The translations under genes and the position numbers were made by a program. Below the pieces are notes generated by a model, which saw only the letters and a program-made list of their open reading frames with translations, was not told the origin of the DNA and searched no databases. Positions 1 through 12,490 of a stretch of 64,000 nucleotides of DNA are shown in pieces. This DNA is from Octopus vulgaris (taxonomy: Eukaryota). Position 1 is the first letter of the stretch; the number at the start of each line of letters is the position of its first letter. The stretch spans positions 163,370,001-163,434,000 of the forward strand of contig OX597814.1 in the NCBI GenBank assembly GCA_951406725.2. The letters run 5' to 3'.

Positions 1-19
1 AATTTGAGTTACAGTCAAT

Positions 20-82
20 CACCTGAAGATTGACTGTAACTCAAATTTTTACGAATTGGACAGCCATGAAACGATCGTAGTG
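20..82 (+). ncRNA. Minimal type I hammerhead ribozyme motif (Penelope-like element terminus)
   Basis: CAC-CTGAAGA-TTGACTGT...ACAGCCAT-GAAA-CGATCG-TA-GTG. 3-bp stem I (CAC/GTG), CUGANGA and GAAA core, palindromic stem III CGATCG, GUA cleavage triplet. Stem II has two mismatches. Bases 1-46 form an inverted repeat. Confidence 0.65.
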
Positions 83-296
83 TTATACTCATTATCTTTT
101 TTTAATAATTTTGATATATATTTAAAATAATATAAATTAATTAATCTTATGTATTGGCTTAAGTTTTTCATCGTATGATTTGCCTAATAGTGGTTTTATC
201 TCTAATTTAATATAATATAATATTTTACTATAAAATTGGATTCAATCCTAAATCTGATTTTTCCCTGTAAGTTTGGATTTATTCCCTAATATTTTA

Positions 297-338
<42 letters not shown>

Positions 339-367
339 TGTGTGTGTGTGTGTGTGTGTATGTATAT

Positions 368-553
368 GTTTGTCCCACCACCATTGCTTGACAACCAATG
401 CAAGTGTGTTTACGTCCCTGTAATTTAGCAGTTTAGCAAAAGAGACCGATAGAATAAGTACTAGATTTACAAAGAATAAGTTCTGGGGTCTTTTGTTCAA
501 CTAAAGGCGTTGCTCCAGCATGGCTGCAGTCAAATGACTGAAACAAATAAAAG
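368..553 (+). mobile_element. 3' part of tRNA-derived SINE family A
   Basis: Matches the 3' half of the full copy at 12491-12885 (ttgcttgacaaccaatg...gcagtcaaatgactgaaacaa). Confidence 0.8.
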
Positions 554-700
554 TTATATATACATATATATATGTTAATTAATAAAACAAATGTTTTACA
601 CCTGGTAACTTACTGGTTAAGAATGGTCACTTTCCCAGTGCTCGTTATGTATATGGTAAATGAAAGACAGAAGATGGAATATATGAGAACTTTTATTAAT

Positions 701-893
701 GACTACAATTCTTTCAACACATCTAATATCCATACCTCTTTACAACTGGTTCAAGAGCATCCAGTGGTGCAGATGTGTCTCATCAGGTGATAAATAGATA
801 CAACTCATTAAAATAACAGTTCTGCTATATATTTTCTCATTTCATAAGGAGAAAGCACCAAAATGAAGCTAGATGTGTTGAAACAATTGTCGT
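701..893 (-). mobile_element. Penelope-like small element with degenerate hammerhead and inverted partial copy
   Basis: Minus strand 789-701 reads CAC-CTGATGA-GACACATCT...AGATGTGTT-GAAA-GAATTG-TA-GTC. An inverted half copy at 871-893 reads AGATGTGTT-GAAA-CAATTG-TC-GTG. Flanked by TA-rich tracts. Confidence 0.5.
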
Positions 894-1051
894 GATTAAT
901 AAAAGTTTTTTTATATTCCATCTTTTATTTACCATGTATATGTATGTATATATATATATATATCAATAATACAGTGATTGTTTCTTATCAGGAACAAAAT
1001 GTTTAATAGGACTGCTATAGAAGTGCTCAATTGAATGAGGCAAATATATCA

Positions 1052-1567
1052 AACTAAGGTTACAGAACAAACAAATGCAAGGTCATCCACATAACATTTC
1101 ATATCTCAAACATTTAATCATAGAATATACATTTATGACATCACGGAAGATGAAACATAACTCATCTGTACAAGCATATAAGAAAGTGCGAGAAAAATGT
1201 GTGAATACAGCTCATCACGGTTAATGTTAATACTTTAGCGATTAAGAAATATATATTTTTTAAAAAACATTACAACACCTAGAAAATAAATACGTAAAAA
1301 TATAGTATAAAGTAATATATAAATATTTAGGTATATAAAAATATATATATATATATATATATATAACATTATATATATATTAAAGTATTAACATTAACCG
1401 TGATGAGCTGTTTTCACACATTTTTCTCGCACTTTCTTATATGCTTGTACAGATGAGTTATGTTTCATCTTTCGTGATGTCATAAATGTATATTCTATGA
1501 TTAAATGTTTGAGATATGAAATGTTATGTGGATGACCTTGCATTTGTTTGTTCTGTAACCTTAGTTT
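1052..1567. repeat. Long near-perfect inverted repeat (~185-bp arms) around an AT-rich/(TA)n spacer
   Basis: 1052-1237 is the reverse complement of 1381-1567 with very few substitutions. Confidence 0.9.
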
Positions 1568-1570
1568 TGT

Positions 1571-3001
1571 ATAGGAGAAGTTCCAGGTGTGGAAGGAGGG
1601 TTTAGAATCGAGGGGCCTTAGAGTCAACCTAGCTAAAACCAAAGTACTAATAAGTAGAAAGGTAGACAATCCACAAATGTCTTCAGGAAGATGGCCCTGC
1701 TCGATCTGTAGAAAAGGTGTACTCTATAAGATGTACCCAGTGTAAGCTATGGACACATAAGAGGTGCAGCAATGTCAAAGGTAGGCTAACTGGGAAGATA
1801 GGTTTCGTATGTGGCAGATGCTCGGGTGCATTGACCTCCGAAAATCTGCAGAAAACAACTTCCGTCACTTTCCAGGGGGAAAAACTAGAAGTAGTTGATA
1901 GCTTCCGTTATCTAGGTGACCAAGTCAGTAGTGGGAGTGGGTGTGCTGAAAGTGTAACTGCTAGAATAAGAATAGCCTGGGCAAAGTTTAGGGAGCTCTT
2001 ACCTCTGCTGGTGACTAAAGGCCTCTCGCTCAGAGTAAAAGGCAGACTGTATGATGCATGTGTACGAACTGCCATGCTACATGGCAGTGAAACATGGGCC
2101 GTGACTGCTGAGGACATGTGTAAGCTCGTGAGGAATGAAGCCAGTATGCTCCGATGGATGTGTAATGTCAGTGTACTTACTCGACAGAGCGTTAGTACCT
2201 TGAGAGAAATGTTGTACCTAAGAAGCATCAGTTGTGGTGTGCAAGAGAGACGATTGCACTGGTATGGTCATGTGACGAGAATGGATGAAGATAGGTGTGT
2301 GAGAAAGTGCCAATCCCTAGCAGTTAAGGGAACCCGTGGAAGAGGTAGACCCAGGAAAACCTGGGACGAGGTGGTGAAGCACGACCTTCGAACGTTAGGT
2401 CACACCATGGAAATGACTAGAGACCGAGACCTATGGAAGTATGCTGTGCGTGAGAAGACCCGGCAAGACTAGTGAAGCCATAACCCGTGGCCCCTACCTG
2501 GGGCGTAGTCAGTCCACCTGTGCATACCTTCCTTCCTGTGACACTTGTGAAGACCTGTTGAGGCAAGTGAAAATCAAATCAAACCAAATCAAAATAGATG
2601 AACATCAATGGAATTTGTATCTTTGTGGTATCAGTGCTGGTGGCACATAAGAAAACCATCCGAACGTGGCCGTAGCCAGTACCACATCGACTGGCCTCCG
2701 TGCTGTGGGCACGTAACAAACACCATCCGATCGTGGCCGTTCGCCAGCCTCGTCTGGCACCTGTGTCGGTGGCACATAAAAAACACCACCCGAGCGTGGC
2801 CGTCTGCCAGCCTCGTCTGGCACCTGTGTCGGTGGCACATAAAATCACCCACTACACTCTCGGAGTGGTTGGCGTTAGGAAGGGCATCCAGCTGTAGAAA
2901 CACTGCCAGATCTGACTGGCCTGGTGCAGCCTTCGGGCTCGCCAGACCCCAGTTGAACCGTCCAACCCATGCTAGCATGGAAAGCGGACGTTAAACGATG
3001 A

Positions 3002-3005
<4 letters not shown>
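1571..3005 (+). mobile_element. 5'-truncated RTE-clade LINE (RT C-terminus, 3' UTR with ~62-bp tandem repeats, (GAT)n tail)
   Basis: ORF 1717-2472 has FRYLGD, RIRIAWAKF, LHGSETW, RRLHWYGHV and RGRGRPRKTW, plus a Cys-rich CTQC..WTHKRC..C insert. Ends in ttaaacgatgatgat. Confidence 0.9.
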
Positions 3006-3042
<37 letters not shown>

Positions 3043-4608
3043 GAAATGAGGTACTCAGAAAATCAGATGGTTTATATTTACAGATATTTATTTGTATATT
3101 ACATTTTTTTATACATCATATAACTTAGATCATGTATTAGCGCTTTCTCCCATTCTAGTGGGGTTTTCAAATCAAACTAAGTTCCTGTGTGAAAAGTTTT
3201 GACCATTTTATAGTGGTATTGAGTTTGTAGTGGTGGGGAGGAATATAAGACAGTAAGTACAAGAGGGTGATGGATAAGGAGAAAGTGAGAGAGAGAGCAT
3301 GTGTGTGTGTGTGTGTGTGGTTTTGTATTTGGAATGAGTACTAAAGAAAAAGAGGGGAAGGGAGAGGGAAGAAGAAGAAAATAATTTTATTTGCTCTGCT
3401 GGACAGCATGCTTACTCCAAGGGGGTCTAAGATCTTGGGGGAAAAGAATTTCAGTTTTGACCATTTCATAATGTTATTGAGTGTGTGGTGGCGGGGAGGT
3501 AGACCATAAATTATATTTCTTTTTATCATTGTGAGAGAAAGTGTGTGTGTTTAATGAGGGATGGTCAAATGGTTTTTTGGGTTTAGAGAAGAATTCTTTT
3601 TATGATTGTTTGGTGGAGGTGTGTGTGAGTAAAATCCAAAAGTCCAACAGAGTTTAATATGAGTCCATCCAAATGTGAAGTTTATAAGCAATGTAAGATT
3701 CTCTTAAAGTTGGTCATTCCTGGTAGGGAATTTATATAGAATGTAGCAGATTCAAGGTTTGTGTTTAAACTGACCTAGAAATAGGGAGTGTATTAGTTTG
3801 GTCAAATTGAAAACAGGAAGAGAGGAATGACAAAGAAAAAAAAAAAAAAGATGATAGGAGGAGAGAAAGATAGAATTAAAGAGAAAGAAGAAAGAAGATT
3901 AGTAAAAACAAAAATAATCAATTCCCTGAAGGTATGAATAAAGAGAATAAGGAAAATAAAAATAAAAAAACTATTTTATTTAGCTTAAAATCTTTAATTT
4001 GTTACCCCCCAAATATTTTTTTTATATCACAATCAATTAAAAATGTATGATTAAAAATTAAAATCTAAAATTGAAGATTATTTCCCAAACTCCATTTATG
4101 AATATTATGCTTTTTTGTTTATATATTGCAAGAAATATTCCATATTTTCTGGAAACTTTTCAAAAATCAGACCACTCAGGTAAAAGACCAAATTAAGTCC
4201 AAGTTTAGAACCAGAATTTAAAATTAAGCATTCACTTTCCATTTAAAATACACCAAATTATTGTTTGTTTCCCCCTTTTCAGTAATTTAACACATTTCCT
4301 TTGATTTTTCCCAAACCTCAGAAATAAACTCAGGCATATTTTTGCTCCAATGAAATACATATATACAAATTTATAAATTTCTCTGGTATCATCTTTGTTA
4401 AAAAGTTGAAATTCTGTTAAGGACAACTTAGGTCAATAAATAACATGCCAGTCCAATCCTTCTTGCCAAAATTATGGCCTTGTACCACCAGTAGAAATTA
4501 TTGCTGTCATTTAAAATAAATTTATTCTCTCATGTAAAGTTTTTCACAAAATAATATTTATTTAAATTTTGTTGCAGAACAACCACAATGAGATTCTTCG
4601 TCTGAAGT

Positions 4609-4877
4609 ATGCCAAGCTCCACTTTCCCTTTGAAGTTCTCTCCAACTTTGGTAAAAATGCATTATTCCAACTCAAGCAGTGATCCACAAAGAATACTTTC
4701 TGCTATTTCTAGTGGTCCGTTTGAGTGCCATTGGGCTGAGTGTGACAAAAAATTTGTTTTCTTGGATAAACTAGTCCATCATGTCAATGAACAGCATGTG
4801 CGTATGGAACAATCCGATGTAGAGTACCAGTGCAAGTGGACAGGCTGTCTCCGTCATGGCAAAGGCTTTAATTCCAG
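4609..4877 (+). CDS. GLIS2: GLIS2-like C2H2 zinc finger transcription factor, coding exon 1
   Basis: Acceptor ttgttgcag ends at 4577, ATG at 4609, donor AG|GTAAAG at 4877/4878 (phase 2). Encodes ZF1 CHWAECDKKF..LVHHVNEQH and the start of ZF2, CKWTGCLRHGKGFNSR. Confidence 0.85.
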
Positions 4878-5285
4878 GTAAAGTTCTTTCAATTTAATAC
4901 ATCAAAGGGTATTTTGTTGTTGTTGCTGTTGTTATTTAGCCCAGATCAGTCTTGATCAAGCAGGCCTTTGATCTGTTTAAAGATATCTAGAGCCAAATTG
5001 TCTAAAGTCTACTTTCCTTTTTGTTAAAATGATGAAGTGTGATTCAATAGAGTTTTGATTGCTATTTTTTGATTGCTATGTTGATTGACCATGAAGTGGT
5101 TCATTAACCCTTTAGTATTTAAACCAATCATATCTGACTCAAATATTCTATCTGTTTTATCTTCAAACTAACCTGATCTGACATCTCACATCTACCTAAC
5201 AATGTCATTATAAAACTAAACAACCACATCGTTGAAATCATGAAACCATTTTCATTTTATTATTTATAGACTTTTAAAGATGTAA

Positions 5286-5495
<210 letters not shown>

Positions 5496-5556
5496 TAAAA
5501 TTTTTTTATTCACTTTATTAAATATCTCACTTGTGGCACATAGCATTAATTTATGG

Positions 5557-5720
5557 GCACAGGTATGGCTGTGTGGTTTAGAAGCTTGCTTTCCAACCAT
5601 ATAGTCTTGGGTCAGTCCCACTGCAGAGCACCTTGGGTATTGTCTTTTACTTTGGCCTCAGGTCAATCAAATCCTTGTGAATGGATTTAGTAGATGGAAA
5701 CTGAAAGAAGCCCTTTATGT
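5557..5720 (+). mobile_element. SINE family A, diverged 5' part (intronic)
   Basis: ggctgtgtggtttagaagcttgcttt...ccttggg...gatggaaactgaaagaagccc resembles 12491-12650. Confidence 0.7.
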
Positions 5721-6129
5721 GTGGGTGTGAGGGGCAGTGGTAGGGATTTTATATGTACTCTTGTCTAGACATTACGTGATGGTTGTAAAGTGAGGTTGTT
5801 CATTTCTAGTCTTCCATGGAAAACCTGTCTAGCTATGGGAAAATATTTCCTTATTTCAGAACCGATAAGGGTATCTGACCATAGAAAATCTGCTTCAACA
5901 ATTCCATCAAATTGATGTAAGCATGGGAAAGTGGATGTTAAATGCTGTTGATATCTCCATTATGTGGATGCTGCATGAAGAGAAGTATATTGACTCATTT
6001 GTCATCATGGGCATTTAATATAGTCCGTTATATTGGAAGTTTCTTTTCACTTTGCATAAACACACAATGGCTGTGAGGTTTAGATGCTGAAACATTAACT
6101 TCATAATAATATTCAAACCATATAAAGTA

Positions 6130-6187
6130 TGAGGGTGAATCAAAAAGTAATGCAAATAAAATTGCATTACTTTCTGACTCACCCTCA
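6130..6187. mobile_element. Minimal mariner-type MITE (two TIRs only)
   Basis: TA|TGAGGGTGAATCAAAAAGTAATGCAA-ataaaa-TTGCATTACTTTCTGACTCACCCTCA|TA. Confidence 0.65.
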
Positions 6188-6216
6188 TACATAATTCTAT
6201 TTTCTTCAGTCTCCTT

Positions 6217-6410
6217 CATCATCATCGTTTAACATCTGCTTTCCATGCTAGCATGCATTGGATGATTTGACTGAGGTCTGGCAAACCAGATGGCTGCACC
6301 AGGCTCCAGTCTGATCTGGCAGAGTTTCAACAGCTGGATGCCCTTCCTAACGTCAACCAATTCGAGAGTGTAGTGGGTGCTTTTACGTTCCACCGGCACA
6401 AGGGCCAGTC
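6217..6410 (-). mobile_element. RTE 3'-tail fragment
   Basis: Reverse complement of 2820-3005 including the (GAT)n tail. Further copies near 9757-9980, 17040-17200 and 22600-22760. Confidence 0.8.
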
Positions 6411-7608
6411 GGAATAAAAAAAAAGAGAAACAAACACAGCTTCTATTACACAAGTGTGTACATGATGTTTGGAAGAGCATCTACCAGCAAAAACACTGCT
6501 TTAGCAATTTATAGATATTAATGTATGCATCTAGCACAATAGTCTGTTAATATGGAAAGAGAAATATGAATTTAGCTGTCCATCATTGTAATTGACACTG
6601 TCATCTGGAAGTAAGTTGCATGTGCATATACAAACAAATTCAGGGTCAACGTACTTTTGTTTCTAGACCACATATTCATAATGGTCAAGGCAGTTAATGG
6701 TTGTTATTGATTTTTAGTAGTGTAGACCAGTTTCTATCAGTCAGTGTGTTTGTATTGTTTTTATAGTATTGGTTCAAGCTGAGAGTCACACAGTGTAATC
6801 TTTTGCCTGGCTTTCCCAGCTAAAGCCGGGCTATCATTCACAGTTGTGAGCATTAACTTATCCTTGTGTTTCTTCTTTTTCCCTATTGCCAGACATGTCT
6901 CCCACCTGCTTCAGCTGTGCTTTGGTGATTATGTCTTCAGTACTACTGTTCTTTGCTTGTAGTAAGATATTCACATTTAGTCACTCTGTCCTGCTATTTG
7001 CTTTGTAGTATGTACTGTAGTCTTCCTTGGTAGAAGGTTTAGTGTTATGTCCTGTGTCTCACGTATATTCTTCACATTTCACTGCAACTGGTGAGAGAAA
7101 ATGTCACTACTACTTTGTATACTGCCAGTTTAATGTTAACAAAGTTATCTTTGCTAGAAAAGATAGGCATTTGTAGAAAAGCTTAAATTGAGTGAATTTT
7201 GCATAGTTGTTGGTTTCCTTTTTCTATTAAGATGTTTTTCAGATATCTATACATGCAGTATTACATAGAATCTATATAATATGTCTATAGATTTTAGCCA
7301 ACAGTGCCTATAAAAGACAAATATGACTATCTTGTCCTTATATAAATATCTTAGAAGAGAACTAGCCACAAGGAAGTAATAATAGGTTTACAAGCAGTTG
7401 ATGAAATCCCAATACAGGACCAAAACTTGTCTGGTCAGTCCTTCAACTTCTGTCTCTGAAGATGTCATTTGTAAAGATATGATCTTTTTATCTATCTATT
7501 TCTTTCAGTGTTTGCTGAAAACTCTACAGATGTATTTGACAGTATAGTATAGCAAAATTTTTTCCTCACATTTCTTTGAAATGGGCTTGTTTTCCAGAGT
7601 TAGCTGGT

Positions 7609-7970
7609 TCCATGCCGCCTCTACTCAAGACCAGACCATTTGACACACTTGTCTCTCATTATCCCCAGGCCCAGTATCATCCACTTTGCTGAATATTGAC
7701 CTCTTAAATTATTTACCCATAAACATGTCTAGCCATGCAGCCTCTACTCAAAACCAGACCATCTGACACACTTGTCTCTCATTATCTTCAGGCCCAGTAT
7801 CATCCACTTTGCTGAATATTGACCTCTTAAATTATTTATCCATAAACATGTCTAGCCATGCAGCCTCTACTCAAAACCAGATCATCTGACACACTTGTCT
7901 CTCATTATCTCCAGGCCCAGTATCATCCACTTTGCTGAATATTGACCTCTTAAATTATTTACCCATAAAC
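7609..7970. repeat. Intronic tandem repeat, ~123-bp unit, ~3 copies
   Basis: ccatgc.gcctctactcaa..ccaga...tttacccataaaca repeats at ~7610, ~7733 and ~7856. Confidence 0.9.
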
Positions 7971-8554
7971 AGTGATTTACTGCTGTTCAAGTCAAACATC
8001 AACTGCATCAGTCCCAGTTTTTTTTAGCTTTGTCAAAGAAAGAAGGGTAGAACCTCTATGACTAGTAGGATGAAATGAGGAAGTTAAATAAAATCTTTAA
8101 ATAAAACCCTGACCCAAATGCCTGCAAAAAACAAACTCTACTGAAATGACCCAAGGGTGAAGTAATGGTGTTAGACCAGGTGATGGACCAAGTCTAACTC
8201 TCAAATTCTTCTGATAGGCTTTCACATCGTTTCTGAATACCAAATTTTATTCACAATCTTTTGGTTGACCCAAGGACATGTTAGAAACACTTACACAAGG
8301 TTTCTGCACTGTGTCCAAGGTATTTTGTCTGATGCTTTAAGAATTGTGTTGATTCTAAGCCAGTAATCTTAAACAATGATAATTCTAAATACACAAAAAG
8401 AGAGAATGCTCACAGCAGGTTCACCTTTCATCATCGGCCTGTTTGATCAAGTCTAGCCTGAGGCTAAATAATATTACTAGTTTTAGCTCAAATTATCTTG
8501 AATTATTTGTATTTACTCTATAAATGAAATATTTGATTTTTCTTTTATTTGCAG

Positions 8555-9075
8555 GAGAAAAACCTTATGTTTGTCCTGTTGATGGTTGTCTCAAAGCTTA
8601 CTCCAATTCAAGTGATCGCTTCAAGCACATACGAACACATAAGGAAGAAAAGCCATATGTTTGCAAAATACCAGGCTGTAATAAACGATATACAGATCCT
8701 AGCTCTCTGCGAAAACATGTACGGACATATGGGCATTATTTTCACAGCAATAATCATTTAAAAGAGAAACCTTCACATTGCCCAAGTAAATTACATACAT
8801 TTCCCACCTCTCACATACTTGACTCTCATTCGGATCAGTCAGTTTTCTGCATCCAAAATAAATATTTACCATGTCCAAACATCCTCTCTAGTCCATTATC
8901 TTCTTTTTCAAACAACCATGTGACATTTCAGAACCAAAATAACCTTTGTGACTTAACGTTTCCTCAAGACAAAAAGGAATTAGGTGTTGAAAATTTGATA
9001 CAAACAAATGTTGAAGACTGTCAAGATTATCCTTTAGACTTATCAGTTATGCACTCTGAAGCTTCGTCTGAATAA
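8555..9075 (+). CDS. GLIS2: GLIS2-like zinc finger, last coding exon (ZF4-5, C-terminal PLDLS motif)
   Basis: Acceptor ttttatttgcag (phase 1). Encodes [29 protein letters not shown]...[20 protein letters not shown] and ends at TAA 9073-9075. Joined CDS is 909 nt, 302 aa. Confidence 0.9.
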
Positions 9076-9585
9076 AAGTAGTCTTTTGTTGTTGTTTTTT
9101 AATTGCTATTCAGATTTTATTTATTTTTTACTGCATCACTGGTGATTGAATACTTTGTCTTTTTTGCAATATGTGAAGGGTGATTCAAGATAGGGAAGCT
9201 CATCTTATCCCAAGCTCCTGACTGACTGGAAATCCAGGGCATGAGATGTAAAGGAAAACAAATAGTTAAAAAAAGCCAAACAATCTTGTAGACCTACCAT
9301 CTGTTGTTCATGTTTTAATTGAAATAATACGAAGTTTATCATGTTAAAGTTTCCATATCCAAATTAAAATCTTTCATTGTAACTATTTGTAAGGGCCTTA
9401 TCTTAAATTTTGTACTAATTTAATAATATACCAATTAAAGAAAAAGTTAATTTTCTTAATCCTTAACTACTATTTAGATAAGTCAAGTTAGTATTAACAT
9501 GTTTAATGCAGGGAGCATTAAAAGGTTAATTAGAATTTATGTGATGTGCAAAAAATGATACTAATCATCAGCTGTTATTATTTTA

Positions 9586-11121
9586 TCAGGTCATCCCATA
9601 AGTTCTGTCCGATTTTACCTTTTTTAAAATTGAATGAAATTTAATAGTATTTTAGAATGTCTAATGGAATTAAAAACTATTTTTATGCATTTATGTGCAT
9701 TTGAACTAATTAAATATTATTTTACAGAATAATTAAAAAAAAAAAGATGATTTTTCCGTGAGCGTTGCCAATACCACCTGACTGGCCCTCGTGCCGGTGA
9801 CACATAAAAGCACCCACTACACTCTCAGAGTGATTGGCGTTAGGAAGGACATCCAGCTGAAGAAACTCTTCCAGATCAAGATTGGAACCTGGTGCAGCCA
9901 TCTGGTTCGCCAGTCCTTGGTCAAATCGTCTAACCCATGCTAGCATGGAAAGCAGACGTTAAACGATGACGATGATGATGAATAGAATTAAAATTTCTTT
10001 CGTTAAAACCCTTTCTAACATGGAAGTATCCAATGCGCATTTGAAGCACATAATGCTTTATGAGTACAAAAAAGGAAACTCTGCAGCCGAAGCGACTTGA
10101 AATATACACTCAGTTTATGGGAAAGAATGCTTGAATGAAAGAACTTGCAGAAGATGGTTTGCAAAATTCAGAAGTGGAGATTTCAGCCTTGAAGATGAAG
10201 ATCGAACAGGACATCCAGTTGAGTTTGATAAGCTCCTTGAGGCATTACTTGAAGAAAATCCTGCATTATCAGTTGAAGAATTGGCAATAAAGTTTAATTC
10301 AAATCATACAACTGATCATTGTCATCTTCAACAACTTGGAAAGGTTCCTGAACTTGGAAAATGGGTGCCTCACAAATTGTCCGAAAGCAACTGCAAATCC
10401 CAAGTTGACATCTGCTCTTCTCTCCATTCACGCAAACTCATTTCACTCTTTTTGGATAGACTTGTGACTGGTGATGAAAAATGGATCTTCTATCAAAATG
10501 TTTAATACCATAAACAGTGGCTTGATAAAAGGGAAAAAGCTCAACCACAACCGAGAAGAGAACTCCATGGGGAAAAAAGTTCTTCTCTCTATCTGGTGGT
10601 ATTGCAAAAGAGTAATTCACTTTGAATTGTTACCCCTAATGCAACAACCAATGCTCAAGTCTACTGTCAGCAATTAGAGTGTTTGGACGAAGCTTTGAAT
10701 AAAAAAAGACCCCTCTTTAGTGAATCGAAAAGGAGTGATGTTTCATCAGGACAATGTGCAACCCCACACTGCAAAGATCACATCACAGAAGATCAAAGAA
10801 CTTAGTTAGGAAAAAATTCCTCATCCACCTTATTCTCCCAACCTTGCTCCTTTAGACTACCATTTGCTTCGTAGTTTACAGAATCATTTGGGAGACATAA
10901 CTTTCGCAAGCCAGGAGGTGGTTGAAACTGACATTTCAGAGTTCTTTGCTTTGAAACCAAAAGAGTTTTACATTTATGGGATTAAAAAGCTTGTAAATAG
11001 ATGGAAGGAAGTCATAGATAATCAGGGAAAGTACAGTGGTGATTAAATTTCAATTAAATATAACATTTGATCACTTGTTTTCTTTACTCAAAATTCTGAC
11101 AGAACTTATGGGATGACCTGA
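9586..11121 (+). mobile_element. Full-length defective mariner (DD34D) transposon with nested RTE tail
   Basis: TIRs tcaggtcatcccataagttctgtc / gacagaacttatgggatgacctga with TA TSD. Transposase remnant 10020-11046 has WVPHKL, TGDEKW, HQDN and YSPNLAPLDYHL with stops and frameshifts. RTE tail inserted at ~9757-9980. Confidence 0.92.
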
Positions 11122-12490
11122 TAATTTTTAACAGGCAGATATGAGAGATAACTTTGAATATATCTCAAGCTAGACTTCACCAGATTTACTGAAGTAATAA
11201 TATAAGAAAGAATCACTTAGTAAATATACAAATGTACACCAATTGGTAGAGAAAAGCAGAAATTGAATAGCTTAGATTTAGCAAGAAGAGTAATTGAAAC
11301 CACTATGGATATTTAGTTTTTATATTTAATGTAGAGTTTCTGCACATTGTTTACCTCTAAACCAACCTGATTTAGTAAATTTGTAGCCAAAGGTGTCTCA
11401 ACTGTAAATATCTAAAGACATGGAACTACCCTATCTGATATGCTCTTTCTCTTTTTAAGCATTTGTATGTGTGTTTGTGTGTGCATATATCCCGTCAAGT
11501 GGTTGTCAAACTGAGCAAAGAAGGCTTAGTATTTTGAGATCTTTTTCAACCGCTCTAGTGGTGGGTCAATGAAAAATGCATTAAGTACACTGTAGAGTGG
11601 TTGGTGGAAGGGAAGGAATTAATTCATAGAAACCAGGTCAAATAATGTGTATGAGTATCAGTCTGTGGAATCAAGAGGTGGTGGTTAAGAAGCTTACTTC
11701 AGGTTCAGTTCCACTCCAAGGCCCTTGGGCAAGTGTTTTCTTCTATAATCATGGGTCAACCAAAGCCATGTGAGTGGATATGGCATTTTGGGCAAGGGTC
11801 TTCTTCCTCGGGCTTGAGTCAACCCAAGCCTTGTGAATGAAATTGAATAAACTGGAACTGTGAGGAAGCCTGTTATGTTGACTATACCTGTAATTCAAAA
11901 GTTCAGCTTTGTCACACTTTCACACTGATTCTGCCTGAGGATTACATTAACACTACACGTGTCTGTGGAATATTCAGCTACTTCTATGCTAATTCATTGA
12001 GCAAGCAGTACAGCTGATAGATCAAGTAAATATGCATTGGTTAAAACTATAAGAGATCCATTTACTATTTACTTTAAATGAAATTCAACATAAATGGAGA
12101 ACCTAACCTACACACTGCTCCATATAATAAACCACTGCATATCTCCATCTATGTGGGGATACGACATATCTGGAACTCCAGGTTTGAGGATTGTACCTAG
12201 TTATTCAACTACTTATGTCCCATAGATTTTACTTGATCCTGACTCACTGGAGTGAGTGACTGTACTTTTGATTGCTGAATTTCATGCCAGATGAGTGTGT
12301 TATCCTCTATGGTATTTTTCTAAAGGAATGTTATTTTACTGTTTAAGAAGAAAGATTTGCTTTCATTCAAATAGTGAAAGTAAACTTATATAACCTGTAA
12401 CAACAACAAAAAAAAAATTTGGTGACAAAACATCTAGCCACAACTGGAGTTACATAGCAATGACTAATTGTTATGAATCAGTTTAAAATT

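Noticed and set aside
2630-2845. Regularly spaced ~62-bp repeats resembling a CRISPR array
   Set aside because: Whole units repeat with no unique spacers. They lie in the RTE 3' UTR of a eukaryotic genome with no cas genes.
3128-3180. Hammerhead-like motif on the minus strand (TTGAAAA-CCCCA..TGGGA-GAAA-GCGC-TA)
   Set aside because: Too many core mismatches and no convincing stem I. At best a fossil. Similar weak hits near 40895 and 41922 were also dropped.
10020-11046. Domesticated or active transposase
   Set aside because: Multiple stops and frameshifts. The same applies to 34480-35300 and 62779-63757.
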